A DNA stretch of 64,000 nt from a virus. The position numbers were made by a program, and so were the translations under genes. The DNA is taken from positions 1 to 64,000 of IMG/VR virus record IMGVR_UViG_3300032516_000019; one strand, written 5' to 3'. Shown in pieces: positions 55,851 through 64,000 of the stretch; positions within the stretch are counted from its first letter, which is position 1; every line of letters begins with the position of its first letter. A model generated the notes under the pieces. The model searched no databases, was not told the origin of the DNA, and saw only the letters and a program-made list of their open reading frames with translations.

Positions 55851-56578
55851 GATGGCAGGTTCCACGTATATGGGAGGGAGGAGATGTTTGGATACTTGGT
55901 GGAGGTCCATCAGTAACACAACAATTTGATATACCTGATAATATTGTTCAGGATGTCTTAAATAAGGTTTCTCCCCCTGCTGTGTATTCTCCATATATGG
56001 AACCTATTCATAAAAAACATGTGATCGCTATAAATGCAGCTTTTCTTATTGGTGATTGGATGGACATGGTTTTCTTTGGAGATCATAAATTTCTTACATG
56101 GCACAAGGACCAGTTAGCTGCTTGGCCTGGTTTGAAAATTACCTGCTCTGCAGGATGTGAAAAATATGCCTGGATCAAGTTTTTACAGCGTGATGGTGGT
56201 CATTCTAAAGGGATAAGTCCAAATCCAAATATGGTGGCTTGGAATGCAAATAGTGGATGTTCTGCCATAAGTGTGGCGGCCAATGCGGGTGCGAAGAGAA
56301 TTATATTAGTGGGGTTTGATATGAAGATAAATGGAAGTGGAAATCATCATTGGCATACACTATATAAAGGACAACCTACTAATCCTCCACCTCCTCCACC
56401 AACTCGTGCTTTAAGAATGCCGCAAAGACCAAAACCAGGATTTCCTTTCCAAAGACATCTCGCTGGATTTCCACAGATTGCCATAGATGCAAAGAAAAGA
56501 GGAATTGAAATAATTAATGCTTGTCCTGATAGTGCCGTTACCCAATTTCCAAAATGTAATGTAAAGGATTTATTATGA
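55847..56578 (+). CDS. DUF115 / Maf (motility-accessory-factor)-like putative glycosyltransferase
   Basis: N-terminal WILGGGPSV matches the DUF115 GxGPSL hallmark. Poly-Pro linker. Confidence 0.45.
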   Translation: MRWQVPRIWEGGDVWILGGGPSVTQQFDIPDNIVQDVLNKVSPPAVYSPYMEPIHKKHVIAINAAFLIGDWMDMVFFGDHKFLTWHKDQLAAWPGLKITCSAGCEKYAWIKFLQRDGGHSKGISPNPNMVAWNANSGCSAISVAANAGAKRIILVGFDMKINGSGNHHWHTLYKGQPTNPPPPPPTRALRMPQRPKPGFPFQRHLAGFPQIAIDAKKRGIEIINACPDSAVTQFPKCNVKDLL

Positions 56579-57222
56579 AGTGTTTTATCATAAACTATAA
56601 TCGGCTACTGCTTCCAAACAATATGGCAAAATGGTTGGCTGAAAGAGGTTGTGAACCCATCTTTATAGACAATCATTCTGATTACATTCCTTTATTGGAC
56701 TACTATGCAACATGCCCATTTCAAGTAGTATTTATGAAAAAGAATTTTGGACACAGAGTATTTTGGGAACATAATTTAGTGAAAGAGTTTAATATAAAAG
56801 GGCGATATATTGTAACTGATCCTGACTTAGATTTGACAGGTATTCCAAATGATTTTCTTCAAGTTTTAGATGAAGGTTTGGATAGTTATAATTTTATTGA
56901 CAAATGTGGGTTCTCACTGGAGATCAATGATTTACCCAATTCTCCGGAAGGAAATTTTATAAGGGATCAATGTGAAGTAAGATATTGGAAACACAAAGTT
57001 GGTAAGTTCTGGAAATCTCCAATAGATACTACTTTTGCAATGTATAGAAAAGGTGTAACAAGATATTCACATACAGCTTACAGAACGGATCGACCATATA
57101 CAGCAAAACACGTTCCTTGGTATTATGCTGATCTGTCATTATTATCACCTGATGAACTATATTATTATCAAACTGCTGATGTTAATTTTAGCACAGGGAA
57201 AAAGAGAGGATTTGTAAAATGA
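56575..57222 (+). CDS. Hypothetical protein in the glycan cassette
   Basis: 215 aa. Confidence 0.35.
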   Translation: MKCFIINYNRLLLPNNMAKWLAERGCEPIFIDNHSDYIPLLDYYATCPFQVVFMKKNFGHRVFWEHNLVKEFNIKGRYIVTDPDLDLTGIPNDFLQVLDEGLDSYNFIDKCGFSLEINDLPNSPEGNFIRDQCEVRYWKHKVGKFWKSPIDTTFAMYRKGVTRYSHTAYRTDRPYTAKHVPWYYADLSLLSPDELYYYQTADVNFSTGKKRGFVK

Positions 57223-57983
57223 AAGTAGTTATCGTAATGACATATTTTGAGAGGCAGTTTCAGCTGAATAAGACGTTCGAGTCTTTAAAATACTCGCATC
57301 ATCGCAATTTCGAGGTTGTAGTCGTTGATGACGGTAGTAAGGAAGACATAGTACACAATATAACAGAGTACCCGTTAACCGTCTTAAAAACAGAAAATAA
57401 AAGGTGGACTAATCCTGAACCAGCCTACAATACAGGTCTTTATTATGCTATGAAATTAAAACCTGATATTATAATAGTCCAGAACGCAGAATGCTACCAT
57501 GTCGGGGATGTTATTTCTTACGCGGAAAGAGTAACGGATGAAACTTATATCTCCTTTGGTTGTTTCAGCTTGGATAAAGAAACGACTTTCAAAGAACACA
57601 ATATAATTGAATTACTACAAAAGCATACCAATAGAGCCAACAATGATGGAGAGTTAGCTTGGTACAATCATCCTCATTATCGTCCATGCTCTTATGATTT
57701 TTGTATGGCTATTACAGCAAACAATATGAAGAAGTTAAATGGATATGATGAGAGATTTAGTGCGGGGTGGGCGTATGGGGATAATTATTTGTTAGCAAGA
57801 GTTAAAATGTTAGCTTTGAGAATAGAAATAACAGAATCTCCATTGGTAGTACATCAATGGCATTATAATCAACCAGTACCACCAGACTCAGTAAGACTTA
57901 ATGCAAAAAATTTATTACTATATCAAGAGTTACTTAAGAAACCGAATTATAGAGCAGAACATATTTTTACAGAGAATCTATGA
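57219..57983 (+). CDS. Family-2 glycosyltransferase
   Basis: VVVVDDGSKED is the GT2 DDGS motif. Acidic DxD follows. Confidence 0.7.
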   Translation: MKVVIVMTYFERQFQLNKTFESLKYSHHRNFEVVVVDDGSKEDIVHNITEYPLTVLKTENKRWTNPEPAYNTGLYYAMKLKPDIIIVQNAECYHVGDVISYAERVTDETYISFGCFSLDKETTFKEHNIIELLQKHTNRANNDGELAWYNHPHYRPCSYDFCMAITANNMKKLNGYDERFSAGWAYGDNYLLARVKMLALRIEITESPLVVHQWHYNQPVPPDSVRLNAKNLLLYQELLKKPNYRAEHIFTENL

Positions 57984-58876
57984 AAATATTAGTTACAGGA
58001 AGTGAAGGAAATATTGGGCAAGTTTTGGTTCCATATCTCAGGAGTCAAGGGCATTCTGTTAGAGGGATTGATGTTGTTCAAAATTTTAAAGATGGTTATT
58101 TAACTGTTGATATTAATAATGGAGCTGATTTAATAAATTCATTTTACTCATTCTTACCTGATGTCGTTTTTCATTTAGCTGCTATGGTTAGTCGGGTTAC
58201 TTGTGAATCCTCGCCTTGCACGGCCGTAAAAACTAATTTATATGGTACTGAGAATATCATACAATTATGCAGGCAAGTAAATGCAAAACTTATATTCTTT
58301 TCTACATCAGAAGTTTATGGAAATATTGGAGGGGTGTTATCAGAAGATCGCACTGATTTACAACCAAATAATTTCTATGGCCTGAGTAAGTTGATCGGTG
58401 AGCAGTTGGTTAAATACGATGTAGAAAATGGATTGGATGCTATTATAGTTCGCCCATTTATGTTCTATCACGAGGATGAAACGATAGGAGATCACAGATC
58501 CGCTATGATTCGATTTGTAACTTCTTTACTTAAAAAAGAAAGAATTACTGTTCATACTGATAGTTTGAGATCATGGATGCACTTAGATGATGCAGTAGTG
58601 GTATTAGAAAATCTTTGTTATATTGGTAGTTTTCAATTACTCAATATCGGTAGTAATTGTGTTTATTCTATGGAAAGGATTGCCAGAATAATATGTGAAC
58701 AACTTGATTTAAAATACGAGGATTATGTTACTGAATCACCTCTTCCAGAGAAAATGACTTTACAAAAAATACCAAGTTTAGAAAAACAATATGAATTGAC
58801 AGAGTATCTTTGCAAAATACGTATTGAGGAAGGGATAACAAGAATCATTGCAAAACTTAAAGATAAAAGATGGTAG
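57980..58876 (+). CDS. NAD-dependent sugar epimerase/dehydratase (SDR)
   Basis: VTGSEGNIG Rossmann motif. YGLSK is the catalytic YxxxK. Confidence 0.85.
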   Translation: MKILVTGSEGNIGQVLVPYLRSQGHSVRGIDVVQNFKDGYLTVDINNGADLINSFYSFLPDVVFHLAAMVSRVTCESSPCTAVKTNLYGTENIIQLCRQVNAKLIFFSTSEVYGNIGGVLSEDRTDLQPNNFYGLSKLIGEQLVKYDVENGLDAIIVRPFMFYHEDETIGDHRSAMIRFVTSLLKKERITVHTDSLRSWMHLDDAVVVLENLCYIGSFQLLNIGSNCVYSMERIARIICEQLDLKYEDYVTESPLPEKMTLQKIPSLEKQYELTEYLCKIRIEEGITRIIAKLKDKRW

Positions 58877-59586
58877 CACTTATTACACCAACGGGAGGTA
58901 GAGCAACACAAATTGAACTTTGTGCTGAATTCATGACGAATCAGGATTATGAAGGGAAAGTCCTTTGGGTAATTGTGGATGATGTTGAACCGGTTACTAC
59001 TGATCATATTTCTTCTGATTTTCGAAAGGGGTGGGAGATTAAAAAAATCTACCCTAAACCTTTATGGGAACCTGGACAGAATACACAGGTGCGTAATTTA
59101 TTGTGTGGGTTAGAAGAAGTGAAAGGTAATCCAGAAGTGGATACTGTTTTCATAATTGAAGATGATGATTACTATACACCATATTACTTGAGGGTGATGG
59201 TTAAGAAAATGAAAGGGTTTGAACTAATAGGACAAGTATGCACCGTCTATTATAATCCGGTGGTTCGCTGTTGGATGCGTAATGGAAATCACCATCATGC
59301 AAGCCTATTTCAAACAGCCTTTCAAAAGAGTGTGATTCCAACATTCGAAGAGGTATGCAAGAGAAGAACCAACTTTGTTGATTCTCATCTATTTAGAGTG
59401 TTTGCTGGATCCTTCAAGACTAAAGTAAATTTATTTGATGGGAGAGATTTAGCAATAGGAATAAAAGGATTACCAGGGAGAACCGGTATTGGAATGGGTC
59501 ACAGAGCAGAGATTAGAATGGCTCCTGATCCTGATTTTGCAAAATTAAAAGAGTTAATTGGTGAAGATTATAAATACTACTTATGA
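58870..59586 (+). CDS. Putative glycosyltransferase (DxD), weak
   Basis: IIEDDDYY is an acidic motif. 238 aa. Confidence 0.3.
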   Translation: MVALITPTGGRATQIELCAEFMTNQDYEGKVLWVIVDDVEPVTTDHISSDFRKGWEIKKIYPKPLWEPGQNTQVRNLLCGLEEVKGNPEVDTVFIIEDDDYYTPYYLRVMVKKMKGFELIGQVCTVYYNPVVRCWMRNGNHHHASLFQTAFQKSVIPTFEEVCKRRTNFVDSHLFRVFAGSFKTKVNLFDGRDLAIGIKGLPGRTGIGMGHRAEIRMAPDPDFAKLKELIGEDYKYYL

Positions 59587-60248
59587 ACCAACCAATATTT
59601 GTAACGGGCGTTGAGAGATCAGGAGCAACACTGATAGCAAAGATATTTGATATCTGTGGAGTTCATACTGGAACGGTATCAACGATGTATGAAAATATTG
59701 GAATGGTTCTTATGATGGATCAATTTTTAAATACTCGTAAGAATACTTTATTCCCTGATCTAAAAGATTTGAGTATCCCTGTTGATTGGAATGCTCAAGT
59801 ACTTGCTCTTTTAAAATCACAAGGTTACAGAGATGGACCTTGGTTATGTAAAAGTTCAAAACTTGGACAAATGTGGCCAGTATGGTATTATGCATTTCCA
59901 AATGCTCGTTGGATAATTGTAAGAAGAAGGACAGGTGATATAGTAGAATCATGCTGCAAAACTGGATTTATGAAGATGTTCAAGGATCCAAATAATCTGA
60001 AGTTAATTAATGTTACAAATGAAGAACAAGGATGGCGTTGGTGGATTCATCAGTATGAGAAGCGATTTGTAAATATGATTGAGTCAGGAGTTAATTGTAG
60101 AGTTGTTTGGCCTGAGAGAATGGTAACTGGTGATTACCAACAGATTTATGAAACCTTAGAATGGTTAGGTTTAGAGTGGAGTAGTAAAATTGTAGAGACA
60201 ATAGACCCAATGTTAAATAAAAGTAGGAGGAAAGTAAAATGGCATTAA
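59583..60248 (+). CDS. Sulfotransferase-like protein
   Basis: N-terminal VTGVERSGAT (5'-PSB-like). RWIIVRRRTGD (3'-PB-like). Confidence 0.45.
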   Translation: MNQPIFVTGVERSGATLIAKIFDICGVHTGTVSTMYENIGMVLMMDQFLNTRKNTLFPDLKDLSIPVDWNAQVLALLKSQGYRDGPWLCKSSKLGQMWPVWYYAFPNARWIIVRRRTGDIVESCCKTGFMKMFKDPNNLKLINVTNEEQGWRWWIHQYEKRFVNMIESGVNCRVVWPERMVTGDYQQIYETLEWLGLEWSSKIVETIDPMLNKSRRKVKWH

Positions 60249-60637
60249 TCACAGGAAGTGAAGTCAGGGAAATTATTAATGGTTGTACCTTGACGGATGA
60301 ACAAATAGACCCATTTGTGTTGTCAGCTCATATATATTTGAATAAAGTGTTTGCTGATGACATAACATTGAGTGTAATACAAAGACGGGAAATAGAACGT
60401 TGGTTTGTTGCTCATTTAATAATCTCTACTGGTTATCAACAGCAACAAGTGGTTAAGAGAGAAAAGATTGGTGATGCTGAGGTTGAGTATTCTACATCTA
60501 CTAAAACTGGGGTAGGAATAGGAGCCACCGCATACGGTGCTATGGCATTGCAATATGATACTTCAGGTTTATTGGCAAAGGCTGGAAAGATGAAGGCTTC
60601 TATTTATGCTGTGCCAGCAAGAGAGGAGGATATATGA
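60239..60637 (+). CDS. Head-tail connector/adaptor candidate
   Basis: 132 aa, by position in the structural module. Confidence 0.35.
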   Translation: MALITGSEVREIINGCTLTDEQIDPFVLSAHIYLNKVFADDITLSVIQRREIERWFVAHLIISTGYQQQQVVKREKIGDAEVEYSTSTKTGVGIGATAYGAMALQYDTSGLLAKAGKMKASIYAVPAREEDI

Positions 60638-61032
60638 GTATAATGAGTATTATAGAAAGGTCTTATGTCCAAACCGCTGTTTATTGGGGATCTCCGATAC
60701 CTGATGGTTATGGAGGACATACTTTTGCAAATCCAATAGAAGTGGATTGTCGCTGGGAAGATAAGGAACAATTCCTGGGTAGTCAGGTTGGTGGGGAAGT
60801 TACTGGCGGATTATTATTATCTCGATCAATAGTATTTGTCAAGCAGGATATGGATGAGGAAGGTTATTTATATTTTGGAACATTAGATGACTTGGATTTG
60901 GATTCTAATGATTACATTGATCCTAAGGAGGTTGATAAGGCTTATATTATTAAACGGTTTGAGAAGACCCCAGCATTCGGTTTAACTACAGAATTTTTAC
61001 GTAAAGCGTTTTTAACACCATTTTTAAGATAA
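60634..61032 (+). CDS. Head closure candidate
   Basis: 132 aa, positional. Confidence 0.3.
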   Translation: MSIMSIIERSYVQTAVYWGSPIPDGYGGHTFANPIEVDCRWEDKEQFLGSQVGGEVTGGLLLSRSIVFVKQDMDEEGYLYFGTLDDLDLDSNDYIDPKEVDKAYIIKRFEKTPAFGLTTEFLRKAFLTPFLR

Positions 61033-61038
61033 AAGAAG

Positions 61039-61614
61039 ATGCCAAAGTTATACGGTCCTTTAAAGAAGCCTCGCTCATGGTATACAAAGAAATTCCCAAA
61101 TACCAATGTGGAGGGATTTGAGACGGTGATGATTAATCTCAATATTGCTATTGCCGCAATAAAGAAAGCTTCTGAAAGAGGATTATTAAATGCTGCTTAT
61201 TTTATACGAAATAAAACAGAAAAGGAAACGGCTGCGACTCCTCTTGACCTTGGAAATTTACGAGCAAGTTGGTTTGTAACATATTCAAAAGGACTTGCCA
61301 AAGATCCGAATGATAGGTATACTGGAAAATTTAAAACAAATCCTAAGAGGCGTATAACGGCTGCTAAATTCCAAGGGTGGCATCAAGCGGCAATAGCAGA
61401 AGCATCTGGAATGTCTGCCCCAAATCCAAAGAGAGCAACAGTGGTAATGGGATACAGTGCCAATTATGCTATGTGGGTTCATGAAAATTTGGGAGCTCAC
61501 TTCACTACCAGGAGTCCTGCTGCGGGTCCAAAATGGTTTCAGGAAGCAATAGATAGAAACCAAGGTAAAATAATACAGATTGTCAGAGAAACTTCAAAAG
61601 CACCTTTAAGATGA
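61039..61614 (+). CDS. Head-tail joining candidate
   Basis: 191 aa, positional. Confidence 0.3.
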   Translation: MPKLYGPLKKPRSWYTKKFPNTNVEGFETVMINLNIAIAAIKKASERGLLNAAYFIRNKTEKETAATPLDLGNLRASWFVTYSKGLAKDPNDRYTGKFKTNPKRRITAAKFQGWHQAAIAEASGMSAPNPKRATVVMGYSANYAMWVHENLGAHFTTRSPAAGPKWFQEAIDRNQGKIIQIVRETSKAPLR

Positions 61615-62015
61615 ATATGCCATCAGAAGATATAAAAGATATGTTGGAAGCGGAAAGTTCTTTAGGGCTTATCTTTGCAACCAATCTATTTATAGGAGTG
61701 GAGCCCACCAAGCCAAAGGAAACAGTTACAATATTTGATACTTATGGCAGACCCCCTCAACTTACATTAGGAGGGAAGGAAGAAGATTCTGGATATTATT
61801 ACCCATCAGTGCAGATCAGAGTTCGTGGAATAGATGAACGTACTACTTGGGCTTTAATAAATGACATAATGCTTTCACTACATGGCCGGGGACAAGAGAC
61901 ATGGAATGGAGCGTTATACACCGTTATCTACTGTTCCAGTGGACCAGCTCTACTGGATTGGGATGACAACGGGTTAGTTCGTTTTATAGTTAATTTTAAT
62001 TTACAAAGGAGGTAA
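61611..62015 (+). CDS. Tail completion candidate
   Basis: 134 aa, positional. Confidence 0.3.
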   Translation: MNMPSEDIKDMLEAESSLGLIFATNLFIGVEPTKPKETVTIFDTYGRPPQLTLGGKEEDSGYYYPSVQIRVRGIDERTTWALINDIMLSLHGRGQETWNGALYTVIYCSSGPALLDWDDNGLVRFIVNFNLQRR

Positions 62016-62020
62016 AAATT

Positions 62021-62452
62021 ATGGCAAGTAATGCTTTTGCTGGTGTAGGAACCAAATTTTATCGGTGGAGTGGCGCTACATGGGTTGCCCTCGCTGAAGT
62101 TAATTCCATCACCGGTCCAACTATGACCAGAGATTTCATTGATGTAACGTCATTGGATTCTCTGAGTGGATTTCGGGACTTTATTACAGGGTTCCGTGAT
62201 GCGGGTACAGTAGCCCTCGCAATGAACTTCACATATGACTCTTACAAGTTGATGAAGGATGATTTCGAGATAAACACCCCGCAGAACTATATGATCGTCC
62301 TCCCCGATGCGGGAGCAACAAGTTTGGAATTTGAAGGGTTGGTAACTGAGTTGCCTCTTTCCGTTCCGACTGACGATAAAGTCACCGCTGACTGCACAAT
62401 CAAGATCAGTGGTACTGTAGACCTTACTTCTGGTACGGGCTCAGTTAGCTAA
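62021..62452 (+). CDS. Major tail protein (siphovirus type)
   Basis: 143 aa with a strong RBS (aaaggaggtaaaaatt). Immediately precedes the chaperone pair and tape measure gene. Confidence 0.55.
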   Translation: MASNAFAGVGTKFYRWSGATWVALAEVNSITGPTMTRDFIDVTSLDSLSGFRDFITGFRDAGTVALAMNFTYDSYKLMKDDFEINTPQNYMIVLPDAGATSLEFEGLVTELPLSVPTDDKVTADCTIKISGTVDLTSGTGSVS

Positions 62453-62503
62453 TAACAAAACAAACACTCCTAATCAGGGAATTTTTTTAAAAAATAAGAA
62501 ATC

Positions 62504-62926
62504 ATGAAACTTTTAAACAGAGAAGCACTTTTAGTAAAAGAAAAACTTGAAGTAGTAAGAGTTGATCTTGACAAAGATGAGTATGTATTTGTCCGTCAGA
62601 TGACTGGACATGAAAGAGATCATTGGGAACAATCTCTAATCAAACGTACGGTAGGAGCCAAAGGTAAAGTCAACTATGATCAGTCATTGGAAGACTTCAG
62701 GGCAAAATTAGTAGTAAATACTATTTGTGATGAGCAAGGGAATTTAATACTGAAGCCTGGGGATTATCCGGTACTGAGCCAGAATATGAGTGCAGCTCGT
62801 CTGGAAAAGATCGTAAATGAATCACAAAAACTTAATGCAATATCGGAAGAGGATAAGGAGGAGATAGTAAAAAACTCCGTAGCCGACCAAGTCGGCGATT
62901 CTACTTCCAACTCTGCAGAGAATTAG
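62504..62926 (+). CDS. Tail assembly chaperone (G-like)
   Basis: 140 aa, acidic C-terminus. Followed by a -1-frame ORF. Confidence 0.55.
   Translation: MKLLNREALLVKEKLEVVRVDLDKDEYVFVRQMTGHERDHWEQSLIKRTVGAKGKVNYDQSLEDFRAKLVVNTICDEQGNLILKPGDYPVLSQNMSAARLEKIVNESQKLNAISEEDKEEIVKNSVADQVGDSTSNSAEN
62869..62875 (+). other. Candidate -1 programmed frameshift slippery heptamer A_AAA_AAC
   Basis: The heptamer is in the G-ORF frame. The -1 frame is open from 62857 through 63324. Confidence 0.45.
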
Positions 62927-62949
62927 GTGTACTCCATCCTGACTTCCTA

Positions 62950-63324
62950 TTGAGTGGAGGAGTTGATGTTTACAAAATATTTGGTATTCCAATAATTACG
63001 AAAGTAAGAAAAGGATTAAATGCAAAACAAATAAATGAGTGGGAAGCGTACAACAAACTTGACCCAATGGGTAAATGGAGGGATGAATACGGATGGGCTT
63101 CATTGGAGGCATCTTTTACAAATCTAATGACTTGGGCTCATGCAAAAAGAGGCACAAAACATACGGCAGCTGATTTCATTCCAAACTGGGATTATGATGC
63201 TCCAGAGGAAGTTCAGCAACAAACCGTAGAGGAGATGAAAAAAGTATTTGAAGCAATAGCAAAATCACAGAATAAAAAAGTTGGTATTCAACCCAAGAAA
63301 CCACCTAAAAAGAAAGTAGAATGA
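62950..63324 (+). CDS. Tail assembly chaperone T-like extension, probably expressed as a G-T fusion by -1 frameshift
   Basis: ORF lies in the -1 frame relative to 62504..62926. No independent ATG (TTG at 62950). Confidence 0.5.
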   Translation: MSGGVDVYKIFGIPIITKVRKGLNAKQINEWEAYNKLDPMGKWRDEYGWASLEASFTNLMTWAHAKRGTKHTAADFIPNWDYDAPEEVQQQTVEEMKKVFEAIAKSQNKKVGIQPKKPPKKKVE

Positions 63325-64000
63325 ACTTAGGTACATTAATAGCAACTTTGACGGCAGAAACCTCCGGACTGAAGCGAGCGGTGGTTGATATGAATACTTT
63401 CCAAAAGAAGATTAATGTTGCTTCAAATAAGATGGTTCGTCAGTTGGGTACGGTGTCTGCGGCAATACAAAGAGTTGATAAAAATCTTGCAAGCCTTGCC
63501 GCTTCTAATCATATGAATACTTATGAAAAGAAGATGCTTGCCGCAACTAACAAAATGGTTCGATCTTTGGGTAGGGTAACCACTCAGGTGAGGATGCTAA
63601 AGAAAGAATTACATGGATTGAATACGGCGTATGCAGCAGCAGGAGTTGGTGCCGGAGCAGGAAAAAAAGCGGCTGGTGTAGCCCCTCTTGTTGCTGGAGG
63701 AGGTGGCACGGCTGCCGCTGCGGCAGGGGCAGCTTCAATGGGTAAGACTATTTCTGCTATGAGTATGCGTCTGAGAAGTTTTGGTTGGTTGGCTACCACT
63801 GTCTTTACGGCCCCTTTAATTCTAGGAGGTAACGCTGTGATGAAGATGGGTAAGGCGTTTGAATTTGCTATGTCTAAAATTGAAGGGTTAGTTGGTATCA
63901 ATAAAGTTAAAGTAGAAGAATGGAGTCAAGCTATTTTGGATATGGGTAAAAAAACAGCTAAAGGTCCTTTAGAATTAGCGGATACCTTATATTATGTAGC
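63321..64000 (+). CDS. Tape measure protein, N-terminal part, partial (continues beyond the window)
   Basis: ATG at 63321 overlaps the upstream stop. Frame is open to the window end. Coiled-coil, Ala/Gly-rich, with a hydrophobic segment. Confidence 0.7.
   Translation, partial: MNLGTLIATLTAETSGLKRAVVDMNTFQKKINVASNKMVRQLGTVSAAIQRVDKNLASLAASNHMNTYEKKMLAATNKMVRSLGRVTTQVRMLKKELHGLNTAYAAAGVGAGAGKKAAGVAPLVAGGGGTAAAAAGAASMGKTISAMSMRLRSFGWLATTVFTAPLILGGNAVMKMGKAFEFAMSKIEGLVGINKVKVEEWSQAILDMGKKTAKGPLELADTLYYV

Noticed and set aside
49529-61563. Minus-strand ORFs within the late module
   Set aside because: The ORFs are 49529..49759, 50925..51125, 51135..51338, 51931..52119, 52842..53027, 53176..53391, 53602..53856, 53633..53893, 54808..55077, 58723..59007, 59710..59952, 60942..61142 and 61285..61563. 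All are antisense to longer, motif-supported plus-strand structural or enzyme genes. None has an RBS.
63547-63901. Minus-strand ORFs 63547..63738 and 63584..63901
   Set aside because: They are antisense to the tape measure gene and are Ala/Pro-rich mirror translations of its Ala/Gly-rich region. Spurious.
1-64000. Integrase or lysogeny module
   Set aside because: Searched all ORF translations for tyrosine or serine recombinase hallmarks (R..HxxR..Y, S-recombinase N-terminal) and for CI/Cro-like HTH pairs. None was found. A lytic lifestyle is inferred.

Overview
The window is a contiguous piece of a tailed dsDNA bacteriophage genome. It looks siphovirus-like and lytic: no integrase, repressor or excisionase is recognisable. 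GC content is low (mid-30s %). A Bacteroidetes-type host is plausible from TAnnTTTG promoter-like motifs, a lipobox lipoprotein and a Tat signal peptide, but this is an inference.

The window has three parts:
- **1 to about 40.1 kb, minus strand:** a leftward early and replication module. It holds an orphan beta-class DNA methyltransferase cassette flanked by direct repeats, and an SbcC/Rad50-like gene split around sbcD. It also holds a RuvC-like resolvase, a RecA/UvsX recombinase, a gp32-like SSB, a clamp loader, a family-A DNA polymerase split into a UDG+exonuclease ORF and a polymerase ORF, and a putative sliding clamp. A 7-deazaguanine DNA-modification cluster follows (FolE, QueD, QueE, a PP-loop ATPase, a TGT/DpdA-like protein and a SAM methyltransferase). 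Beyond it lie a DnaB-like helicase, a DnaG-like primase, an SNF2 helicase, about 25 small early ORFs, a phosphoribosyltransferase and two tRNA-like loci.
- **39.5 to 41.3 kb:** a non-coding control region with GATC-rich palindromes, an iteron array, a GC hairpin and repeated motifs. Transcription appears to diverge from it.
- **41.3 to 64 kb, plus strand:** a rightward late module running terminase small and large subunits, an M23 peptidase, methyltransferase, a putative glycosyltransferase and a 981-aa glycine-rich repeat fibre protein. It continues with a holin-like protein, portal, MuF-like protein, scaffold-like protein, capsid, a glycan-modification cassette (Maf/DUF115, GT2, NAD-epimerase, sulfotransferase-like), head-tail proteins, major tail protein, chaperones with a -1 frameshift site, and the start of the tape measure protein.

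The most unusual points are the repeat-flanked methyltransferase cassette with a 19-nt patch identical to the polymerase gene, the split Rad50-like gene, and the permuted-looking tRNA-like array. The deazaguanine cluster with its extra methyltransferase and the glycan cassette inside the virion module also stand out.
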